DNA of 64,000 nucleotides, taken from the IMG/VR virus record IMGVR_UViG_3300021093_000007. The stretch is one strand, 5' to 3'. This document shows positions 58,172 through 64,000 of this stretch, piece by piece. Source of the DNA: a virus. Numbering within the stretch: position 1 is the stretch's first letter; the number at the start of each line of letters is the position of its first letter. A model generated the notes under the pieces. It had not been told where the DNA came from. It saw only the letters and a list, made by a program, of their open reading frames with translations, and searched no databases. The position numbers and the translations under genes are program-made.

Positions 58172-60607
58172 ATGGCAAATTTACAGCATATCGTCACCGA
58201 TCTTTATCAAGTTTACTTGACTGAAATGGAGGCGCAAATTAAACCTCAATTAGGAAAGAAATCAGAATCTTCCAGTGGATCTGGCGGTGATAAAAAGTCT
58301 GTTGGTGGTGGCGGGGAAGATAATATTAAAAAGCAAGCAAGACAACTTGCGTATGACACAAGATATAAAGCAAGAAGAGAAGGTATTCCTCTAGAGAGAG
58401 CATTCACCCAATCACTCCAAAACTCTAAGGCTTCTGCTCCTGTTAAGGATGCTGCAAAAGCAATGCTTTTTAGTGGCGGTGTAAGGGAAGAAATTGATAT
58501 TGATGAATCAGAAGGTAAGGAAAAAGTTTTAGTAACTCCAGTAAAAGGATATGGAAAACCATATCGTAGATATGTAACTAGAGCTAAAAAACACCAGTTA
58601 AGATCGAATCCTCAGATTCAATCTGTAACTCCAACTTCATATGGAACTCCTTATGAAGGTGAGCGCACACAAGGAAAGCAAACCTCCGCTGCACTACAGT
58701 CCAAACCTAAAAATAAAAAGTCTGGTTCAAAACCAGATTTTCTTGATTTGGATAAAGATGGCAACAAAAAAGAACCAATGAAGAAGGCTTTAAAAGATAA
58801 AAAGAAAGTTGAAGAAGCAAATGATGGTAATCTTGCAAACAACTATCCTCCATATGATAAAGTAACCAGAGGAGATGTAATTGCTGGTGCAACTGGTAAA
58901 GACCAGATGGGTGGTAAGAAAAAGAAAAAAGGAATTGAAGAAGGATATTCTGATTGGAGAGAAGATCTTTGTGAAGTAATTAATAACTCCACTAATAAGG
59001 ACGTTAAAAAAATTACAGAGAAAAGTGTAAGTAATACAATTGTCATTAATCCAGATCTTAAAGAAGAGGTTATTCTGGAAGCAGTTGATGTTGCATCGGA
59101 GTATTTTTATCAAGAAGGTTTAAATTCTACTGGAGTAGATATTTTAATTGAAGAACTTGGTATTGAAGATTTTGTTCAATTTGTATTTGAATTAACCGAA
59201 GAGTATAATTTAACTGAAGCAAGAGCAGGTGGAGCAAGGGTAGAACCAAAAACAAAAGCGGGCAAATCTGTAGGTTCTCTTAAAGGTGGTGCAAAAACTG
59301 CTGCTATTTCTAGACTTCGCAAAGAAAAGCAGGCAAGAAGAGATGCTGAATCAAAAACATCTGCTTCAAAACCATCTGGAATGACAGCAGCACTTAAAAG
59401 ACAATCTGCCGTTGCAAATGCTAAAAAGCAGCAACCTGCTAAGAAACCATTAAAAGATAGAATTGCAAAGGGTGTTCTTGGTGCTGTTAAAGCATACCAG
59501 CAAGGCATGGAGCGTCATAGAGCAGCAACTGCAACTGCTGGTAAGGTAGTGAAGGTAGCAGCAAAAGGAGCATCTGAATTTGGTAAAGGTGTTGCTTCTG
59601 GTGTAAAGGCAACTGGAAAAGTTGCAAGAGATGTTCATAAGGTTCTTAAAAATTCTTATGAAATGGATGAGGCAGTTTATGGTGGTGAAAAGAAAGAACC
59701 AGAAGACAACAGAATGGTAGTTACTGCTGCAGATAAAAAAGGAAATACCAAAGCATATCAAAATTATAAAGCAGGTCATCCCGCATATAAGGCAGCTGCA
59801 CATCTACAAAATTCTTCTTTTGAACCAGAAGGTGATAGTGTTGATGAAGGTCTTGCACAAGCACGTAAAAATGTGGGTGCGAGCAAGTGTTGGCCTGGTA
59901 AAGTTGCCAAAGGAACAAAAATGAAGAATGGTCGTGAAGTTCCAAATTGTGTTGATGAAGGTCTTGCACAAGCACGTAAAAATGTGGGTGCGAGCAAGTG
60001 TTGGCCTGGTAAAGTTGCCAAAGGAACAAAAATGAAGAATGGTCGTGAAGTTCCAAATTGTGTAGATGAAAAAGCAAGAGAACCTTATGCAATTGGTACG
60101 GCAGCAGCAATGAATTCAACTGGTGATACTCCACCACTGAAAAAGTCCACTATTAAAAAAGCACATAAGATTGCTAAAAAAATTGAAGCAACAGAAGCAG
60201 TAGATCCTCAATCATCTTTATCACCAAAACAAAAAGATACTGAACAGCAGCAAACTTTGAATGCTAAAGCAAAGTTAGAAAAAATTCTAGCAACACGCAA
60301 GGGTGCATATAGAGAAGAAACTGAACTTGATGAATTGAATAGAGTTGAAAGGGAAACTGGCATTAACACTAAGACTGGTAGACCTACTCAAACTGGTGGT
60401 GCCAAAGATGACAAGGCATTTACTCATGTGAAAAGAATGATACGTGGAATGGAAGGAACTCCAGCTGGTCAACGTAAAAAAGTTCCTGGTAAGAAACCAC
60501 CTGCTGCTGGTGAATTTGGCGGTCCAAGATCTCCTGCACAAAAAGTAGCAAAGCGTCGTGCTGATGCTCAGAGGGCACAGGACCTGATGCATTCTCCAAG
60601 AGACTGA
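58172..60607 (+). CDS. large modular Lys/Arg-rich hypothetical protein, probable gp21-processed internal head polyprotein
   Basis: 811 aa of basic modules separated by LTE/IDE/VEE/MDE/VDE/LDE; EF-hand-like DLDKDGN; TAAATA 58128-33 upstream. Confidence 0.6.
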   Translation: MANLQHIVTDLYQVYLTEMEAQIKPQLGKKSESSSGSGGDKKSVGGGGEDNIKKQARQLAYDTRYKARREGIPLERAFTQSLQNSKASAPVKDAAKAMLFSGGVREEIDIDESEGKEKVLVTPVKGYGKPYRRYVTRAKKHQLRSNPQIQSVTPTSYGTPYEGERTQGKQTSAALQSKPKNKKSGSKPDFLDLDKDGNKKEPMKKALKDKKKVEEANDGNLANNYPPYDKVTRGDVIAGATGKDQMGGKKKKKGIEEGYSDWREDLCEVINNSTNKDVKKITEKSVSNTIVINPDLKEEVILEAVDVASEYFYQEGLNSTGVDILIEELGIEDFVQFVFELTEEYNLTEARAGGARVEPKTKAGKSVGSLKGGAKTAAISRLRKEKQARRDAESKTSASKPSGMTAALKRQSAVANAKKQQPAKKPLKDRIAKGVLGAVKAYQQGMERHRAATATAGKVVKVAAKGASEFGKGVASGVKATGKVARDVHKVLKNSYEMDEAVYGGEKKEPEDNRMVVTAADKKGNTKAYQNYKAGHPAYKAAAHLQNSSFEPEGDSVDEGLAQARKNVGASKCWPGKVAKGTKMKNGREVPNCVDEGLAQARKNVGASKCWPGKVAKGTKMKNGREVPNCVDEKAREPYAIGTAAAMNSTGDTPPLKKSTIKKAHKIAKKIEATEAVDPQSSLSPKQKDTEQQQTLNAKAKLEKILATRKGAYREETELDELNRVERETGINTKTGRPTQTGGAKDDKAFTHVKRMIRGMEGTPAGQRKKVPGKKPPAAGEFGGPRSPAQKVAKRRADAQRAQDLMHSPRD
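59838..60063 (+). repeat. perfect 111-bp tandem duplication (two copies of a 37-aa module)
   Basis: GTGTTGATGAAGGTCTTGCACAAGC... at 59838 and 59949; encodes VDEGLAQARKNVGASKCWPGKVAKGTKMKNGREVPNC twice. Confidence 0.97.
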
Positions 60608-60649
60608 TTACTAAATAGGACAGGATACTCTCTTCACACGGAGGACATC

Positions 60650-60823
60650 ATGGGCGCAGTAGTAGCAGTGGTAAAACCACTTTTGATTCAAATTGCTACA
60701 CATCCAGCAGTTAAGAATCTTGTTCTCGACTTACTTAAAAAGTATGTTGATAGCACAGATAACACGATTGATAATGTTGTTTATGAGTTGGTTAAAGAAA
60801 AACTCTTTATATCACAAGTATGA
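60650..60823 (+). CDS. small hypothetical protein (57 aa, not in ORF track)
   Basis: GGAGG RBS, TAAATA 60612-17; MGAVVAVVKPLLIQIATHPAVKNLVLDLLKKYVDSTDNTIDNVV... Confidence 0.75.
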   Translation: MGAVVAVVKPLLIQIATHPAVKNLVLDLLKKYVDSTDNTIDNVVYELVKEKLFISQV

Positions 60824-60984
60824 TTACGTGTTTTGTAACTAACTGGGGAGTTACATTTGCTCTTGGTTTTCTGTTAACTGCCTCTGAGTGGTTGGCAAAA
60901 ACCAAAAAATTTAAGGAGAATGGGTTATTAGATTTGACCACAAATTTTTTAAAGACGGTCTTAAATAAGAGAGATCAAAAATAA
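60820..60984 (+). CDS. small single-TM protein (54 aa, not in ORF track)
   Basis: MITCFVTNWGVTFALGFLLTASEWLAKTKKFKENGLL...; ATGA overlap. Confidence 0.7.
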   Translation: MITCFVTNWGVTFALGFLLTASEWLAKTKKFKENGLLDLTTNFLKTVLNKRDQK

Positions 60985-60999
60985 CGATCTCTCTTTTTT
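60967..60999 (+). terminator. rho-independent terminator
   Basis: AAGAGAGATC-N9-GATCTCTCTT-TTTT. Confidence 0.8.
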
Positions 61000-61055
61000 C
61001 TACCTCTAGGTTTTTATAAATAAATTATAGAAAATAGTTATCTTAGGCAATCAAC

Positions 61056-61826
61056 ATGGCACTCTGGGGAAATAATGACGCTAAGTTTTCAGGGGGAACA
61101 GTCTCTCTGAATTACGCTACTCGTGTTGTTACTGGTTCGGGAACTACATTTGGTCAAGTTGGTGCTGCTGCCACTGGGGATGTAATTAGATTTGGTAGTA
61201 GAACTGATAGCACTTATGTTGGCGATGCTGTAATTCTTTCAATTACTAATGGTACTACATTATCAATTGCATCAACTGCTGGTTTAAGTGGTGCAGCAAT
61301 CTCTGGATTGGCATTTGATATTAGTGAACTGCCAAAATATACCGTTATTGATAGCAATTATACTCAATATAATGTTCAGAGTAACTCTGCAGAGACTACA
61401 GTTGTTGTTCAAACAAGCGTTGCCGCTACTGCTGCTGTTGGTGTAGCAACTGTTGCAATCGCATCAACTTCTGGAATTATCGCTGGAAATACTTTTGTAA
61501 GTGGTAGTGTTTCAAAAGTAATTGTTTCAATTGCTTCTACAACAGTCTCCTTCGGTTCAACCATTGCAAGTTCTCTTGCTTCTGGTGCTGCTGTAAATAT
61601 CACCAGATCAAGTGGCACTTATGGCAAGAGTGTTTATGGTGTTGCCGCTGGTGGAATGCAAGGATCTGCAGCAACTGCTTATGAATTAACTCATGCTGGA
61701 TGGGTTGGTGTTACCACCTATGTTGATCAGCACGGCAATCTTAGAGTTAAAAAAGAAACTTTAGTTGCAATGTCTGGTATTACAACTGGTAATACTCCAA
61801 TCTATGATGGCAATCCACTTGCATGA
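61056..61826 (+). CDS. probable virion structural protein (Ala/Gly/Ser/Thr-rich)
   Basis: MALWGNND...HAGWVGVTTYVDQHGNLRVKKETLVAMS; full TATAAATA late promoter at 61015-22. Confidence 0.75.
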   Translation: MALWGNNDAKFSGGTVSLNYATRVVTGSGTTFGQVGAAATGDVIRFGSRTDSTYVGDAVILSITNGTTLSIASTAGLSGAAISGLAFDISELPKYTVIDSNYTQYNVQSNSAETTVVVQTSVAATAAVGVATVAIASTSGIIAGNTFVSGSVSKVIVSIASTTVSFGSTIASSLASGAAVNITRSSGTYGKSVYGVAAGGMQGSAATAYELTHAGWVGVTTYVDQHGNLRVKKETLVAMSGITTGNTPIYDGNPLA

Positions 61827-61840
61827 TAGATAGATAAAAT

Positions 61841-62230
61841 ATGAATTTTACTGAGTTGAATGAAGATAATTTTTTATTATTTGCTATAAAGAATTATGAG
61901 AACCCTCAAGCGGTCACAAAAGATGATTTTGATAAGGACCTAAATCATTTTAAGTATATCAAAAGATTGCTTAAGAGATATAGAAATAATGGTCAATTAA
62001 AAACTCATCTTTTAATTAATCATTTTATAATTCTTTATAATATTTTTGGAGAAGCAGCTACACCAATGCTGTTTTATAAGATAGAAAGGGATTTATGGGA
62101 TGTAATGAAGACATTCATTATATTTTTAAATCGACTCCCAGAATATCCTAAAACTTATATTCACGATATTCCTGTTGACATTCATTGTTTAGCAGAACTA
62201 CGGAAGGTTTATAAAGATGAGTCCACTTGA
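61841..62230 (+). CDS. conserved T4-like phage hypothetical protein
   Basis: FTELNEDNFLLFAIKNYENP, FKYIKRLL, LINHFIILYNIFG. Confidence 0.85.
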   Translation: MNFTELNEDNFLLFAIKNYENPQAVTKDDFDKDLNHFKYIKRLLKRYRNNGQLKTHLLINHFIILYNIFGEAATPMLFYKIERDLWDVMKTFIIFLNRLPEYPKTYIHDIPVDIHCLAELRKVYKDEST

Positions 62231-62417
62231 TAAGGTTATTCAAATCATCCGAGAGAATATGGTTGCTAATGCACCAGGAACGAGTGGTGGGTATACATCA
62301 AAGGGAGACCCTACAACGGTCGCTGGATATGATCCTGTGATGGATGGAAGATCCAAAGTTATGAGAAGATTGCCAAAAGAGTATAGTAAATTTTTAAGGA
62401 AAACTAAGAAGGGGTAA
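62217..62417 (+). CDS. small hypothetical protein
   Basis: IIRE followed by NMVANAPG...AGYDPVM; basic tail. Confidence 0.7.
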   Translation: MSPLDKVIQIIRENMVANAPGTSGGYTSKGDPTTVAGYDPVMDGRSKVMRRLPKEYSKFLRKTKKG

Positions 62418-62418
62418 C

Positions 62419-62829
62419 ATGTTCTCTCCAGATTCAAAAATAGCGGTGCTTGAATCTAAACTCGGAATTTATGAGGATTTGTCTCGTGAAATGTTGGCTA
62501 AATTAGAAACGGCAGTCGATAAGATTTCCGAAGGCAATTCTCGCATTGCGACAATCCTTGCAAAGCACGACGAAAGAATTGAGCAAAGCATGAAGAATGA
62601 TGACCTTCTCATCAAAATGATTGATGAGATGAAGGAAGATAATGATAGAGAGCATCAAGAAATAGAGAAGAAGTTTGAAAAAATAGAATTAAAGTTAGAA
62701 GAAATATCCAAATTTAGATGGCAAGCAGGAGGTGTGCTTGCAGTCTTTGTTTTAGGTCTTACGATATTCAACGGGTTCATACCAAAACCACCAGCAGCAC
62801 AACCAGTTGCAGTAGAGCGCACAAAATAA
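62419..62829 (+). CDS. coiled-coil protein with C-terminal TM helix
   Basis: Heptad-rich region, ILAKHDERIE, FRWQAGGVLAVFVLGLTIF. Confidence 0.75.
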   Translation: MFSPDSKIAVLESKLGIYEDLSREMLAKLETAVDKISEGNSRIATILAKHDERIEQSMKNDDLLIKMIDEMKEDNDREHQEIEKKFEKIELKLEEISKFRWQAGGVLAVFVLGLTIFNGFIPKPPAAQPVAVERTK

Positions 62830-62852
62830 ATAATCATGGTCTTGTTAGAACC

Positions 62853-62990
62853 ATGATTAAAAAACAACACAAGAACCTTGACTCAGTTTACTGTCTTCAA
62901 GAATTAACAAACACCGTTATTAAATGGACTAGTGTTATCAGCGTCTGTTTAATGGATTTGGAGGTTGACAGTAGGTTCTGGGGATGGTAG
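62853..62990 (+). CDS. possible small late ORF (45 aa) whose start is sequestered in a hairpin
   Basis: ATG 62853 lies in the 3' arm of TAATCATGGT-N9-ACCATGATTA; TAAATA 62827-32 upstream. Confidence 0.4.
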   Translation: MIKKQHKNLDSVYCLQELTNTVIKWTSVISVCLMDLEVDSRFWGW

Positions 62991-62993
62991 TAT
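62965..62993 (+). promoter_or_regulatory. sigma70-type promoter for gp61
   Basis: TTGACA-N17-TAGTAT with extended -10 TG; implies the true gp61 start is ATG 63016. Confidence 0.8.
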
Positions 62994-63015
62994 TGGACCA
63001 CTGAAATTAGTTGTT

Positions 63016-63987
63016 ATGGATTATGTTGACGTTAGGTTTATTAACCTAATAGCTCCTCGTCTTCAAAAATTTAAGTTTGTAAAAAAAGACCTGTATAATT
63101 TTAGATGCCCAATCTGTGGAGATTCTCAAAAGAATAAAACTAAAGCGCGTGGATATATCTACAACGTAAAAAATAATGCAAATTATAAGTGTCATAATTG
63201 TGGCGTAAGTTTATCATTTAATGCATTCCTAAAAAAAGTTGATTCTGAACTTCATAAAAAATATATTTTAGAGAAGTTCAAAGAAGGTCATACTGGGAAA
63301 AATTTTACAGCAGAAGAACCAAAGTTTGAGTTTGATAAACCAGTCTTCAAGAAAAAACTCAATCTACCCAAAGCATCAGAAAATCAAGTAGCAAAAAATT
63401 ATTTGGAAAGGAGGCAACTTGATCCTGAAAAGTTTTATTTTGCTGACAAATTTAAAGAATGGACAAACACTCAAAAAGTTACATTTGACACTATCGGTAG
63501 GGATGAGAGTCGCATTATTATACCAATGTATGATACTGACAGTAACTTGATTGGTTTTCAGGGAAGAGCACTCGGTCCTAACCCTGTTAAATATATTACT
63601 GTAATGCTTAGTGAGGATGCCCCAAAAATTTATGGACTCAATCAAATACAAAAAGATAAAACTGTCTACGTCACAGAAGGTCCGTTCGATTCCACTTTCA
63701 TTCCAAACTCGATTGCTCTTTGTGGAGCTGACGGTGATCTTGGTAAGTGGGGGATTAGCAATCCTGTTTGGATCTATGATAACGAACCACGTAATGCCGA
63801 AATCGTCTCCCGCATTGCCCGTACTATTGATCGAGGAGAAAGAATCGTCATCTGGCCCTCTAGTGTAAAAGAGAAGGATATTAATGATATGGTTTTATCT
63901 GGACTTGATGTTAAGTCCATGATAGAATTAAATACTTATTCTGGATTAGAAGCAAAACTTAAATTTACTACTTGGAAGAAAATATGA
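63016..63987 (+). CDS. gp61: DNA primase gp61
   Basis: FRCPICGDS...KCHNCG zinc finger, TEGPFDS, YDNEPRN, KDINDM. Confidence 0.97.
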   Translation: MDYVDVRFINLIAPRLQKFKFVKKDLYNFRCPICGDSQKNKTKARGYIYNVKNNANYKCHNCGVSLSFNAFLKKVDSELHKKYILEKFKEGHTGKNFTAEEPKFEFDKPVFKKKLNLPKASENQVAKNYLERRQLDPEKFYFADKFKEWTNTQKVTFDTIGRDESRIIIPMYDTDSNLIGFQGRALGPNPVKYITVMLSEDAPKIYGLNQIQKDKTVYVTEGPFDSTFIPNSIALCGADGDLGKWGISNPVWIYDNEPRNAEIVSRIARTIDRGERIVIWPSSVKEKDINDMVLSGLDVKSMIELNTYSGLEAKLKFTTWKKI

Positions 63988-64000
63988 GCAACGGAATTAA
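63984..64000 (+). CDS. nrdA: start of ribonucleotide reductase alpha subunit (truncated by window end)
   Basis: ATGAGCAACGGAATT (MSNGI) overlapping the gp61 stop; gp61-nrdA synteny; only 5 codons visible. Confidence 0.55.

Noticed and set aside
59838-60063. Direct repeat as possible CRISPR array or mobile-element end
   Set aside because: Two contiguous in-frame 111-bp copies with no spacers; a coding duplication. An assembly artefact cannot be excluded without reads.
62718-63015. ORF-track upstream extensions of ORF 62718 and of gp61 (TTG 62965)
   Set aside because: 62718 overlaps the preceding gene out of frame, and TTG 62965 is the -35 box of the gp61 promoter; ATG 62853 and ATG 63016 are preferred

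Overview
This window is 64 kb of a T4-like (Kyanoviridae-like) cyanomyovirus genome. It carries the conserved late module (gp14 end, gp15-gp23, gp3), recombination/transcription genes (uvsY, uvsW, gp55, gp47, gp46), an early peptidase-vWA/cobS pair, the replisome (gp45, gp44, gp62, regA, gp43, uvsX, gp41, gp61, start of nrdA), hsp20, dam, mazG and one tRNA-Leu(UAG). Two accessory blocks stand out. (i) An inverted operon inside the capsid module (GT25-like glycosyltransferase plus two tandem B12-binding radical SAM enzymes) is preceded by a late-promoter core lying back-to-back with the late promoter of the prohead genes. (ii) An ~11.5 kb cluster after gp41 holds a 2OG-Fe(II) enzyme, sulfotransferase, truncated DegT aminotransferase, five more GT25 paralogs, amidinotransferase, UDP-sugar dehydrogenase, flavin halogenase and hydroxylases. 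Together they look like a dispersed, at least partly late-expressed pathway that builds and attaches an unusual, possibly guanidinylated/sulfated/methylated glycan. Two long hypothetical proteins are strings of short modules bounded by gp21-type (hydrophobic-x-Glu) sites, and one module is duplicated exactly. All family assignments come from motif recognition by eye; no database search was run.
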